From: Octopus vulgaris
Lineage: Eukaryota
Assembly (NCBI GenBank): GCA_951406725.2
Contig: OX597814.1
Coordinates: 88,412,001-88,476,000 of the forward strand
Reading direction: 5' to 3'
Length of the DNA stretch: 64,000 nt
Numbering within the stretch: the first letter of the stretch is position 1; each line of letters opens with the position of its first letter. The notes beneath the pieces are model-generated. The model was not told the DNA's origin. It made no database searches and saw nothing but the letters and a program-made list of their open reading frames with translations. A program made the position numbers and the translations under genes. Shown piece after piece: positions 41,601-55,399 of the stretch.

Positions 41601-43239
41601 AACCAAAAAGGTCTCAAGTCATTCTCTAGTGGGGAGGACATGTTGAGGCTTTCATCCTGCAGTGGACTGAACATGGGCAATCCAATCCAATCCACTCAAT
41701 AAGATTCCTTTAACAAGATTTGATTACTAAATCAAGGTCAACTGGGGCACCAAAACCGTATACATTATTTAATGTACTAGGACAGGGAGTTTTTGCCCTG
41801 TAGCAACCTTTATGTATTTTCCCTGTATTTTTTTAATTGGTTATTTTATTTGACATCTGTTTTGCTAAATTAAAGTTCTGTTGTTAGAAAGAAAATAGAC
41901 CAATGTTAAATTAGATATACTTATGTCTTCCTCAACAAGTACATTCTACTGAACACTACATGGACCTTTTTCACTCAGCACTTAACATTCAATAACATCA
42001 CATGCCCATATTAGTGAAGCTGCCTCTTCTTCATATATTTACTAATGCCATTTATGCCCTGCTGTTCTCTCAGCTCACTTAAGCTCCACCTTTCCTGCAC
42101 TTTACATCCAGTAGATTAGAATAATCTCATTTGTTTCTCTGTTATAACAAGTTACAAAAACAATTACCAATTTTGCTGCAGCTCAACAGATTGGGTCACT
42201 TCTGACCTATGAAACAGTGTCAACTGCTGCCTAATTTTAGTAGTTATCCAATCACTTTCAGATTAATAGTCTAAAGTAATGATAGCAGCAGAATTTAGAG
42301 TCAAAATTTATGCTACAGGATATAGTCATTTTGATTATTAAGCCAAACCATCAAGCCATTTATCTTCCATTAAATTCAACATGCAGTACCATACTGCCTG
42401 GTTACATTTTTTTGTTATATCCTGCATCTATCTGAACCAAACACCAAAAATAGTAAAAATTTTGTTACAAGGAAAATTTAGGAAGAATATAAAATTCTGT
42501 ACCTTTCCAAGAAGCTACCTCATTGGCTTGTTTATATTTAGTGCCTTGTGGTGACATAAATTGTATGGCTCTAAGCTAAAGCATTTCTACTATTGTTTTT
42601 TGGCTACATATATACATACAGGATAAGTCTGTCTAAAAACTTAGCTTCTGGAATAGCATTAACCTTCAATAAACAAAATCCATTTGCAAACTACTGTACC
42701 ATCAATTTTCTGTTATGCTACATTGAATTCTACAGCCAATTTGCTTCCTTACTTCAGTGGATATTTTCTGTTTTCAAAAATTTCCTTCATTATCTCTATT
42801 TTCTAAAATTCTTAAATTCTTCTCTATTTTCTAAAGTATCTAACTCATTCTCCTCTATTTTCAAAAACTTTGGACATTATTCCCATTTCATTTTTAGATC
42901 TAAACTAAAAGAATGTCTTTTGGATCTGGAAAGAAACTGGAAATGCAATAGTACGTAGCTTTCAGTTTTGGAAGTATGTGTATGCATTTGTTCATATAAT
43001 CAGCATAATTCTAGTACATGTTGCACTAAATCATAGTCATATCTATTTTGGGTTTTTCCAAATTCCCTTTTTTATTTTTTTTTTGGAACATGAAGTTCTA
43101 ATAAATTTGCATTACTTGTCACATAGTCTTGCTTATTTATGTCACTCAAGTATATTGGGTATGTATCTATTATTTATGATTGCCACTTTCTTGAATCTGG
43201 GTGAAACCACAGCAGTGAAAATGCACAGGGATTGTTTTC

Positions 43240-43980
43240 TATATGGTGTGCAAGAGAGACAGCTGCACTGGTATGGTCATGTGTTACATATGGATGAGGA
43301 CAGCTGTGTGAGGAAGGAACCTGTGGAAGAGGTAGACCAAGGGAAAACATGGGAAGAGGTGGTGAAGCATGATCTTCAAACATTGGATCTCACAGAGGCA
43401 ATGACAGGAGACTGAGACCTTTGGAGATATGTTGTGATTGAGAAGACCTGGCAACTAAAGTGAGATCGCACTCATGCATGTCTGGCCCAGTTAAGAGCAT
43501 CCCTGATATGTGTTGGGTGATATGATATGCTTGAGAAAACCTGTTGAGTCAAGTAAAACCAATATCATAACTATGGCCAGTGCTCCCTGACTGGCTCCAA
43601 CACTGGTGGCACATAAAAAGTGCCATCTGAATGTGGCCAATACCAGTACCCCGACTGGTTCCCATACTGGTGGCAGATAAAAAACACCATCCGAACATGG
43701 CCGATGCCAGTACCCACTGACTGGCTCCCATGCAGGTGGTACGTAAAAAGCACTATCTGAACATGATTGATGCCAGGCCCGCCTAACTGGCTCCTGTGCA
43801 GGTGGCACGTAAAAAACACCCATTACACTCTCAGAGTGGTTGGTGTTAGGAAGGGCATCCAGCTGTAGAAACATTGCCAGATCAGATTGGAGCCTGGTGC
43901 AGCCACTGGCTCTCCAGACCTCAGTCAAACCATCCAACTCAAGCCACCATGGAAAACAAACGTTAAATGATATTGATGAA
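43240..43980 (+). mobile_element. RTE LINE 3' end with multi-unit tandem 3' UTR
   Basis: ERQLHWYGHVLHMDEDSCV...KTWEEVVKHDL, then ~60-bp subrepeats and the shared terminal segment. Confidence 0.85.
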
Positions 43981-45949
43981 CATTTTATCACTTTTCCAAT
44001 GTTTTTAAGGAGTTTTATTATGTCATGTTGCTACTCTCTTAATAGAGACAAAAGGTGTTTCATTTGAGCATCTTCAATATCACTACATTAACTTTTTCTA
44101 TGCACTGGATTTAACATTGTGAATTAATTAATCAGCAATGAATCTCAGTATCTATCATCATTTATTGATTTAGCTTGAGAGTTCATGCATTTTATTTAGA
44201 AAATATCAGTTTCAAATTTTGGCACAAGGCCAGCAATTCTGGAGGAAGAAGTAAATTGATTACATTGACCCCAGTGCTTAATTAGTACTTGTTTTACCAA
44301 CCCTGAAAGGATGAAACGCAAAGTCAACCTCAGTGGAATTTGAACTCAGAATGTACAGACAGATGAAATGCTACTAAACATTTTATCCAGCATGCTAACA
44401 ATATGGCCAGTTTTCTGCCTTGTTTGTTATTTTACTTAGAAAATATTAAAACAAAAAAAAAAGAAGCAAAAAAACAAAGTAATATAAATTATGAAAAAAG
44501 AAAAATTATAAAACATTATTTTAACTGTGAATATCAGTGGCTACTGCTATAAATAACAGCATGGATTAAAAAACACAAACTCCAGGATGAAAAAATAGTC
44601 AAAGGCTATCTACACAATATGAACCCATGTCTTCAGTAACCATGACAGAAGTGCTAACCATTATGCTAAAAAAATGTAAGCTTCAGCCTCTCTGCCATTT
44701 ATTCTTTATTCTTACACAAAAGAAAGTAAGTCTGTTTACATTATGCAAATGTAGAAGCTTTGAGAAGACATGAAATAAATCATTTTAATGGTGAATCTTA
44801 AAGTTGATATAGTCATAAATAATAAATAGCACATAATACTTTGGGTTAAAAAGTACTGGATAGAAAAAGGCTGAAAGCTAACTGAGTATGCGCTTAAGAA
44901 TTAACATTCCATTTCTCTGAAAAAAATCTCTCTTAAATATAAATTTCAAAAACTGTACAAACTGAATGTGGAAATGTGAAAAGCACTTTACTTTTATAAT
45001 GTCAACTAGTAAAAATTTTAAAATATATATTACCCACCACCTTTTTTTCCTGTAAGTACATGATGATCATTTAACGTTTTCCATGCTGGCATGGTTTGGA
45101 AGAATTGACAGGATCCAGTGAGCCACAGGGCTGCATCAAACTCCATGTGATCTTTAGCACAGTTTCTACAGCTGGATGCCCTTCCTAACACCAATCACTT
45201 TACAATTTATACTGAGTGCTTTTTCTCATACTACCACCAGCAGGAGTGGTATTGTCAAATAAGTTGCAAGACAGAAAAAAAAAAAAGGGCTGAAAGGTGG
45301 AAAGGAAAAGCGCTTTTGACTATGAGGGAAGAGTATTTGAGAGGGTGGAGAGACTTTATGCCAGGGACCAGCAAAGGTGTGTTGCTATGGAGAAGATACA
45401 TGACTAATCCATATCTATATGAAGGTGGGTGAAAGTACCTGGGAAAATGTTTTAGATAAGTTGTGATATTCATGCTATTCGGAAAAAAACTGAAGCTGAG
45501 TATAAAACATAATAAATAAAATATTTCAGACAGAGCATCATTTATTAAAAAGTCCAGTTGTATCCCTGAGCACTGTAGTCTTCATAATCACTTGCTTTAC
45601 ATTCATTCCTGACAGTAACATCTTAATTACTCTCCAGGTCACTCACTAATGGTAGTTCAGTCAATTGAGTGAAAATGAAGTGTCTATATTTGTAATTTAA
45701 GCTAATTAAAAATAATTATGCAGTGAGGAAAAAAAAAAATTTGTCAATGACTAATGTTTTCCTTTTGCCAACAAGTGCAGAAAAAAATCTAGATCTTTCA
45801 TTTTTATTCTGATCTCATCAGCAAAGCATAGTCTTTACTGTATTTGCAAAAGAAGCAAACAGGAGATTAAAATTTAAAAAATTTTTCTATGTTAATCTTA
45901 TCTTAGAGGAGAAGCGAAAGGCATTTAACATGCTGCAAAATGTTGGTAT

Positions 45950-46510
45950 GTAAATGAATAGGACAGTGGCTACATATTTCAAGGCTGTAAAAGCAACAGT
46001 GCAGAGGAAGCTACAGATGATGCAGGAAAATTGGTGGAGTGATAGCTGCGATGAAATCCAAGAAGCTTCAAATGCTAACAATTCCAAACTTTTTTACTCT
46101 TTCTTGAAAAAAGTTTATGGACCAGTTTCATCAAAGGTTGTGCCACTCCAGAGTAAAGATGGCACAAAATTATTAACAAATCCTCAAGATATTGTTGGGA
46201 GATGGAAAGAACATTTTGAGGAGTCGCTCAATAGACCCACTGAAGTTGATCTCTCTTTTCTTGATAATATACCTAAGAGACCAAGAAAACATAGTAGAAG
46301 TTCCAAACCTGACTGAAATAAAAGCAGCAATCAGGAAATTGAACAATGGAAAGGTCCCTGGTATGGATGGACTAGGTGCAGAGATATATAAATATGGTAG
46401 TGATCATCTTTGTGCAATGTTGACGGATGTGGTTCAGAGGGTTTGGCAAAGTGAAGAGGTTCCTTCAGATAGGCATGATGCAATTATGGAGATACTATAT
46501 AAATCTAAAG
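45950..46510 (+). mobile_element. Second RTE/BovB-like LINE fragment (endonuclease-RT linker), truncated by a SINE
   Basis: KATVQRKLQMMQENWW...FYSFLKKVYGP...IVGRWKEHFEESLN and EIKAAIRKLNNGKVPGMDGLGAEIYKYG...VWQSEEVPSD, with one frameshift. Confidence 0.85.
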
Positions 46511-46782
46511 GCACTTATTCTATTGGTCTTCTTTTCTGAACCACTAAGTTATAGGGGCGTAAATACACTAGTGTCGGTTGTCAAGTGATGGTGGGGGACG
46601 AACATGGACACACAAACACACACATATATATACGATGGGCTTCTTTCAGTTTCCATCTACCAAATCCACTCACAAGGCTTTGGTTGGCCTGAGGCTATAG
46701 TAGAAGACACTCACCAAAGGTCCCATGCAGTAGGACTGAACCCAGAACCATGTGGTTGGTTAGCACAGCCACTCCTGCGCCT

Positions 46783-47273
46783 AATAATTTTTTAAGTAAC
46801 CAGAAGATGGATTTGATGTTAATCTTTAATTTGTACAATGGTTGTATCAACCAATCCTGTTTCTGTTCTTTATGGGTGGGACTCTGATCAACATGTTGTA
46901 TTGCATCCGTTTTGCAGTCTGGGTCTCATCAGGTACTTCCATACATAAAGTTGTCTTGCTAAAGATTCTGAATGTTGGCTGTTATGTTGTTATACGCCCA
47001 TCAGGTTAGGGAATGAAACATTGCTACAATTTTCAGTTCTCTAACCAGAAGGGCATATAATAACATGACAGCCAAAACTCAGGATCTTTAGTGAGACACA
47101 ACTTCATGTATGGATGTACTTGATGAGACCCAGACTATAAAATGGATGCAACACAACATACATACTGAACTGAGTCCCACCCATAAAGGACAGTAGCAGG
47201 ATAGGTCGAAAAGACTGTTGTACAAAATAAAGATCAATACCAAATCCATCTTCTGGTTACTTAGAATATTATT
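46783..47273. repeat. ~490-bp imperfect palindrome centred at ~47025, probably Penelope-like element derived, with hammerhead-like motifs
   Basis: Arms pair all the way to a ~3-nt centre. The right arm reads GTAC-TTGATGA-GACC...GGTC-GAAA...GTAC then AATAAA; the left arm carries the same motif with different decay. Confidence 0.85.
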
Positions 47274-49099
47274 ATTATTGTCTCAGCTAACACTGCAGAG
47301 CTCTTGTAGTTGATCCAATGAAAATATACCCTGACTGTGGATGACACCAGATAGCCCAAACTGTGCCAGTGCTCTACCAAACACTTCTATATCCTAATTG
47401 ACATATACCCATTAGTCCAAAATATTAAATATACCAGAATACGAAGAACACATGATAAGCAATATCAATTGACAAGAGAAAAGATAAGTTTGAATATTTT
47501 TTGCCAAGGATTTATGGAAAATAAATTAATCAAGAGGAAAGTGCCTTATAGGCTTTTTCAGACTGATTGATACAGCTGATGTCTAAATTCAATAACTGCA
47601 AGTGGACTAAGGAGCCATCAACTACATTACACCTATTGTAAAAGATTTGTTTCTCCAAAATTTGCTTCTAGTCAATAGTGATATACAGTTGTTTGTTTAA
47701 GCTATTTAAACATTGTAAGAAATAGGGCAAACAACGTGAATTACAGCTTGAAATCCTACCCATCTCTTCATCAAAACTTCTGTAAATTGCAGATATGGAA
47801 TTTATTTATACTTAGATATACAGACATGAGAGTAAAACAGATTTTCAGTTTATTCCTATTTTCAAGGGGAAACAGAACTAGGCTATTTTACAATATACTT
47901 CTAAGTTCTCTTGATGCTAACTTAATTCTACAGTAGTGTAGTTTTTGTTTCTTTCTTTTCTATTTTATAAATTAAACTATTAGCAATTAGTTCTATCATT
48001 TGTTTTAGCCATCATTATTAAAGTTATACTAGAGCTCTGCTTTCGGAGTTGAATGTTCTATGTTTCCATGCAAATTAATCAAGACAATTAATTACAAATG
48101 TCATTCTAAATATAATTCTTAAATGCTGACAAGAATAACCTAAATAACTTCACCAAATCTGTATAAGCTAAATTAAAAACTAAAATGGCAGACTTGAAAT
48201 ATCTGAGACAAAAATTTTGTGGCATTAGATGAAAACAGTTTCTGCATTTGAACAAAAATAAGGTATTAAATCTAAAATAAAATTGTTCTTTTTTCCAGGC
48301 AATATTTCAAATGTAAACCAAAAGTGGAACTTCTATATAATTACACAAGCTGTTCTGTGCAGCAACCAAATCCTCCTCCTAAACATTTTAAAAATAAGGG
48401 TCAGATTCAAAGACTTAAATCTTACAATGGTACAAATACAAAAGTCCTGGCTAGAAACCCCCAATCAAATGCTTCAACCAGCAAGACTTACCCAAATGGC
48501 AACACCACTTACACCCAAGATACTTTACAACAATAGTTTTGACACGAGCTAAACTTGAAAAATGTTCTGAGTCAATGGAAAAATATCTTCAAAAAATATT
48601 TTTGGGCAAAGAGAAAAAAAAGTCAAACAGAACAGTATGTTTTGAGAAAAGAGCTCTTTGGTATTATTTGTTAATTAACTTCAATGTGGCACAAACTATT
48701 ACAGTTTAATTGGAATAAAATCCAAGTTAATGACTTATACTAGATTTGTGGATTTATCAAATGAAAAATAAAGTTTGAATTCTTTCATCCTGTTTAGATA
48801 ACTATGTACCAAGTATTATCCAAGCACCAATGTCTGATAAAGAAACAACTTCACTAATTAACAAAAACAATTTCTAGAAACTTTTGTTAAAGGAGACATT
48901 TTTAATTTATATTAGTGTTTTTGTTTCAAATATATTCCTTTCATTTTTTTTAGTGTAAGGTAATTAATTCTGTGCTTTAAAGTCAGGTCTTTGAAGTCAA
49001 AATGGTAAGTTTTTAGAGTAAAACTTATTTTATATTGTCTCATTTAAATAAGTTGTTAATCATAAGAAATAAAAGAAAACTCTAGTTCAGCATTATGTT

Positions 49100-51000
49100 T
49101 AGACAATTATCCAAATGAACCTTGATATCAGATTTTGGTCAATGCCCTCCAAATAAACACTTCAAACTCGCAAGAGATAATTGCCCACATAGCTAATTGT
49201 TCAATTCTGCTAATGTCTTTACTTTTTGGGTGTACTTCAGTATTTTTTTTTAGCGAATATAAGACTTTTACAAGAAAATGTTGTGTGCTGATACTTCTAG
49301 CATATAAAAAAGAAAATATTATATTACACAAAATTTTATTGAAATAGTACAATTATTCATCTCTTGAAATCTTCCAAGTCAATGAATGACATTCAAATGT
49401 TTGTTCTGGCTACTCATCAGTTTTGCAAGTGTCATCTTTCATTGTAACCATAATGTTTTGGTAGAATGTTTTCTTTTTCAGGGACTGCAATATGCTCAAA
49501 TTTACCAGATTTTATTGGAAAAAACACTTTATATACCAGGGTAAGGTTACAGTTAATGCCAGCTTCAAACACAAAATCATCCTCTCTTCAGCAGTTTAAA
49601 CAGTGTATGACACTGACCAAATATTGATTCAACATAGCGGAAAGTTATCTCTGCAACCAGTGGGTATTTTTCTACAGAGATTGTAAAGCTACCTTGTAAT
49701 TTTCTATCTTTACAAGTGGAATATCTTCCTATTCCATGGATTCAGTTAGAAGTTGTTCAACATAGACTATGTTGAATGGTTGGTATTGGTCTGAGTCTTA
49801 TTAGCGAAATCTACTCTAATGGGTTTGCCAATTCCTCCTTTGTTCTCTGTTGCTCTACCCAGCCAAAGGTGCCCTGCTACAGCCCGGCATAGTGTAACTG
49901 ACAATAATCTGGTCCAGGCTTGTAGTGAGCATGGCATACATAACATATAAAACATAAATAAATGGTTGAGACAACATACAGAGCTTTCTGATCTGATGAG
50001 GAAGAGATGGGATGTATGATTTTATACATATTACATCATTGGCACTTTTCCAGTAAAAACCTCAACATATACATTTGTTGCTTTTTACAGTTATAGATGC
50101 AAAAATTATGTATCCAAAGTTGCCTCTTACAATACTTTTGCTCAACCCCAGTTAGTGGTAGTGGTCAGGATGTTTGCATAGTCAAATGCCATCACGACTG
50201 CTTTAATCATCCATAGCTTCAGCGATCTCAGATAGTTCATGAATCTGCATATCAATCTTTCTTATAAGAAGTTCATGGTCAAATCTAATTAGCTGCATAT
50301 CTACTTCATCATGAACTATACCTGCAGTTCTGATATCTACTTGTATTTTATTACATTTGCTGTATATGTTACTTATGTGGAAGCCGAAGCTTACATTAAA
50401 TACATCCATGGTCAAAGATATCTTGGCACAACCTATATTTTATGTTGTCATAATCTAAATTAGGTTAATTAGCAAAAAAATATCTTATGCATTGCTGAAA
50501 TGGTTAGAGATGAGTCTAGGTAAATAAACTGTAAATAAACTGGCAGAATGCAACAGGAAGTTGTTACTGAATTTTTCTCAAGAAAAATCATGAATCTTCA
50601 GAGTTTGGCATGGAGATCCATGATCACCGAAGTCTGTAGGCATGGCACATGAAAAGAGACCGCTAGAAGAGTAACCTTTTATGTTGTTATAGTTTCCATT
50701 ACAAAGTAATGCAATATGTGTAACTGCTTTGTTGTCCAGCATTCTCTTAACAAGTGGTGTTCATGAATTTTTGCAGAAGGAAGGATAGCAACACATCCAT
50801 GAAATTAGATTTTCTATGATTCATAATCTCTTCTTATGTGGTCAAATGACTTCATCATCTGTCATTTTGTAGTAACAACAGCACTGACATAAAGACCGAA
50901 CTTGTTTAGCAACTTCTTTACTACTGTATATAATGTGTGCTTCTGTAACAGGCAGAGTATGACAAACTGTCACTTAACAGTCATCATAATGTGACAGAGT
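49100..51000 (-). mobile_element. Sola1-like DNA transposase fossil
   Basis: Minus-strand fragments VVMAFDY, PLTGVEQKYCKRQLWIHNFCIYNC, TGKSANDVI and IVSYTMPG.SR resemble the FD.Q..LP.P....YYKRQL..YN, KG.NEV and PGHS motifs I recall from Sola1 transposases. Many stops and frameshifts; boundaries approximate. Confidence 0.55.
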
Positions 51001-51219
51001 AGATGTCAAATACAATCTAAGAGTAAATTTCAAGAGAAAAACTGGGACAAGTCAATACCCCAATCTTACTAAAGTATTAACAGGTAATACAACTCATAAA
51101 CTTAGAACTGCTTTGCTTAATCTTCAGCTTAAATTTGGTGGTTTGACATATAGCAAGTTAAGACAGTAGCTCCTGCACTTTAGTATATCTAAATGCAGTG
51201 GAACTACACACACAGACAC

Positions 51220-52002
51220 ATACCTAGCCAAAAATAAACCTCTGTAACTAGCTTTTGTTGACATGGAGAAAGCCTTTCCCTTATCTGGTGGTCAATGCAG
51301 AAACTAGGGATAGATGAATGGTTAGTGAGAGCTGTACAGCCATGTACAGGGATGCTATTAGTAAGGTGAGGGTTGGCAACGAGTACAGTGAAGAATTCCA
51401 GGTACGGGTCCACCAAGGATCAGTCCTCAGCCCCTTCTTATTCATCATAGTCCTCCAGGTAATAACAGAGGAATTCAAGACAGGATGCCCCTGGGAGCTT
51501 CTCTATGGTGATGACCTTGCTCTAATAGCTGAGTCACTATCAGAACTAGAAGAGAAGTTTTAGGTGTGGAAGCAAGGTCTAGAATCAAAGGGCCTTAGAG
51601 TCAATCTAGCAAAAACCAAAAGTCTTAATAAGTAGGAAGGCAGACAAACCACAACTCTCTTCAGGTAGATGGCCCTACTCGATCTGTAGAAAAGTCGTAG
51701 GTAGAAACTCCATAAGATGTACCCAGCTGACTGGTCCAGTGCCGGGTGCATGTGAAAAGCACCATCTGAGTGTGGTCAATGCCAGTACTGCTTGACTGGC
51801 CCTCACACCAGTGGTACATAAAAAGCACCCGTTACACTCTCGGAGTTGCTGGCATTAGGAAGGGCATCCAGCTGTAGAAGCTTTGTCAGTTCAGATTGGA
51901 GCCTGGTACAGCCTTCTGGCTTGCCAGCCCCCAGTCAAACCTTCCAACCATGCGAGGATGGAAAGCGGACATTAAATGACGACAATGATGATGATGATGA
52001 TG
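51220..52002 (+). mobile_element. RTE-clade LINE fragment, same family as 6910-8310, internally deleted, with 3' UTR and (GAT)n tail
   Basis: VHQGSVLSPFLFIIVLQVITEEFKTGCPWELLYGDDLALIAES (RT core), joined to the UTR that ends GGAAAGCGGACATTAAA followed by a degenerate (GAT)n tail. Confidence 0.88.
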
Positions 52003-52972
52003 AATTCTACCTTTACAGTGCTTTATTTTGCTAGAAAATAATACTATTGCATTGTTTTAATATTTATAATATATATATATATATATGAATAGAAGTTATT
52101 CATTTAAGTGCATTACATGAAATCTGGTATTATGCATCCACTCTATTAGTAGTTATGTTGATCAAGAAAGTTTGTACAAACATCATATTCGACATGGACT
52201 TCAAGAAGTGAGTATGAATAAGATTCTCACATTCTAATAGTTGACTATTCCTGAACTAGTCTAGTTTTAGTTTTCTAATAACAAAAATAAAAATATTTCT
52301 GAATGATTCAAGTAGAATATGTTTTTGTCCTGGAGTACCTCAATTCAACTTTCTAAAACCCATTAAATAATCCACTGGGAAAACTTTAGATCACATATCA
52401 GTAGTAGTAGAGCGGATAAAGTAATGTATACATTGTATCAATGCTATAAAATGATAAACATTGCCCTTTTCAAGCCCAGCCAGGCTCATGGGCCCAGTTT
52501 CCGTGGTGTATGTGTTCCCCCCAGCTGGATGGGACGCCAGTCTACTGCAGCGTTACTAAAAAAGCAGGAAGAGAGAGTGAGAGAAACTTGTGGCGAAAGA
52601 GTACAACAGGGGTTGCCACCACTCCCTGCCTGGCTATCAAAACCACGATCCTTAGACTGTGAGTCCACTGCCCTAACCACTGGGCCATTGCGCCTCCACT
52701 ATCAATGCTATACTGGTAGTAATATGAATAGTTAAAATAACTTGTTGGCTTTGAGTTTGATTCTCAGTATCACTATGTCAATGCTAGGCTCAAGTAAAAA
52801 AACTTCTGTAAAGAGGGTTCTTTGCTTTATTTCATTCTTCTTCCACTTTCATGCAGTAAGCTTCCTCTTAAGGATCTGGATTTAGATTTTGTTAAGCAGT
52901 GAGGCTTTGTGCACTTTTGGCATGGCTGGACATTGCAAAATAATCATGTCACATGATCATTTTACTGCATGC

Positions 52973-53192
52973 TTAATCCTTTAGCATTTAAACCAGCTAC
53001 ATCTGGCCCAAAATTTCCTACCTGCTCTATGTTCAAACTGATCAGATTTGGCCTCTCATGCCTATCTAACAATGTCATTGTAAAAATATACAATCACATT
53101 GAAATCTCAAAGCAATGAAGTAATGTATGATTAATTCAAACTGATGTGAATATGATACATTTGACAGAGTAATCTGAATGCTAAAAGGTTAA
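52973..53192. mobile_element. piggyBac-type MITE, same family as 14316-14542, opposite orientation
   Basis: TTAA-TCCTTTAGCATT ... AATGCTAAAAGG-TTAA. Confidence 0.78.
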
Positions 53193-54940
53193 CGGTCAAT
53201 TTTAGACTTGGGTATATTCTGCACAACATAACTAGATATAAGTCTACACCAGCACTAACACCATCACACATACTTCACAAGTCCATTGGCAATAGGGAAA
53301 GAGGCAAAATCGACTGGTAGAAGAAGCTACTGGACATCTTCAGCTTTGACTCTGCACACAGGTAGCTATAGGGTGATGGTCATTTTCTGTCTTGCTGAAC
53401 TCTTCTTAATCAGTGAAGTGACAAGAGAGTCCACACTAGATATAAGTAATTTTAGAGCAACCAGAATCCACATTAGATAAACAAATAGCTAGCTTAGTAG
53501 CCTTTTTCCTTGACTTAAGCTTGTGAATGGATTCTGGCGATTTTATTGTAAACTTTGGTATAGCTGTCTCATTATTTTAGAAAATATGACTAAGGTGCAT
53601 TTAACAGTAGGCTCTTCAATTACAGACAATAAATAACATGCCAAAATTGTACTGTATAAAAAAAAAGCTCTGTAATTTCTATATAATCTTTTTCAGCCAA
53701 TGAAAATTAGTGTCTTTTTTTTTATATTTTATTTTAACAGGCAGTTGATTTGCCACATGACTCCATGCTGCATTCTTGAATGAGAGGGAGATGATTCAGG
53801 TATAAAGTGGTTCTGTGTGTAATGAAGATGTGATAAGTAGATGTTGTTATTTTAAGCATTCTGAAGCTGGCAGAATCATTAGAGTATTGGAAAAAATGCC
53901 TTTCAGTATTTTTTCTAGTCAAGTTCTTGGGTTGATGGTATCTACTAACCTCTCCCTTCAATTCTGCTAGCCTTGTACCTAAATCAGAAACACATTACAA
54001 GCACAGGTGCGTGGTATGAAGCTTGCTTCCCAACCACATGGTTCTGGGTTCAATCCCACTGCATGGTACCTTGGGTGTCTTCTACTATAGCCTCGGGTCG
54101 ATCAAAGCCTTGTGAGTGGATTTGGTAGACAGAAATTGAAAGAAGCCTGTCATATAATATATATATATATATATGTAAGTATGTATATTTTGCGTGTGTG
54201 TATTTATCTCCCCACCATCACTTGATAACAGATGGTGGTGAGTTTATGTCCCTGTAATTTATTGGTTTGACAAAAGAGACCAATAGAATAAGTACTAGTA
54301 CCTACAAAGAATACTTTAAGGTGGTGCTCCAGTATGGCTACAGTCAAATGAATGAAACATGTAAAAGAATAAAAGAATATTACCTATTCAAGGAAAGGAG
54401 GCCTTATAAGCTTATGGCAACTTTTATTTACCGGATATCATAAAAGAGTGCTTGAAAGAATATGGAAACAAAACCTGTATTTTTTTCTTGAGTCATAAAA
54501 GATGTCAAAATTCAGTTAATTCATTTGAAGAGAAAATTCTTATCAATACAAAAGTATTAATAGATTCACTTTAATATTCTCATCATATCTATATACACCC
54601 AGCTGAGTTTTGAATAATCTTAATGTTTGCTTCTTCAATACCAAATGAGATGTTAAATGGAGATTCATTAGCCTAGAAGCTATGACAAAAGCAAAATCTT
54701 CAGATCTTAAGAAAGCATCATTAGACCACTACCAGAATTGCAGAAACAAACTTGATTAGAAAGATTAAATAAAATCTGAACAAAAGCAGAAGTAGATTCT
54801 CCAAGGCATCTTTTTCATCTCAACAGGTAGCCAAAAGTAAACTATGTACTCTATATTTCTATGTTCATCAAAATCAAGAGCTTTTATGGTACATCTGAAG
54901 AAGGGATCTCCTTGAAAATGTTGACATTCTTTACTAACCA

Positions 54941-55399
54941 TTAACCCTTTTGTTACCAGATTTCTGTTGAAATACACTACTTTTGCTTCAATTAATGTTT
55001 AATCTTTTAGCATTTAAACTGGCCATATCTGGCCCAAATATGCCTCTTGTTTTTAAGTTCACACTGGCCAGGTCTTAGCCTCTCACACCTACCCTACAAT
55101 ATCATCCTAAAAATAGACAATAATATCATTGAAATCTCAAAGTTATGAAACAATACATAACTAAATCAAAACAATATGAATAAATAAGTTTTACACTCGG
55201 CAGAGTAATTTAAACACTAAAGGGTTAAAATAATGAAGAATTTAGTAAAATAATTTAATAATTATTAAGCTGATGTTTGGGACATAAACTGAAATTTTCT
55301 TTTGTTTTGGAGGTGAATGGGTTAGAAACCTCTTTAAAATATAAGTTTGCATTATAGAACTAAGGGCAGAATCAAGGGAGTTGGTATCAAAAGGGTTAA
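54941..55399. mobile_element. piggyBac-type MITE containing a nested second MITE (54999-55228)
   Basis: Outer element TTAA-CCCTTTTGTTACC ... GGTATCAAAAGGG-TTAA; inner element bounded by TTAA at 54999 and 55225. Confidence 0.78.

Noticed and set aside
42593-43240. Long hydrophobic + strand ORFs (also 35450-35896)
   Set aside because: AT-rich chance ORFs with non-ATG starts and no recognisable domain, partly running into TE sequence.
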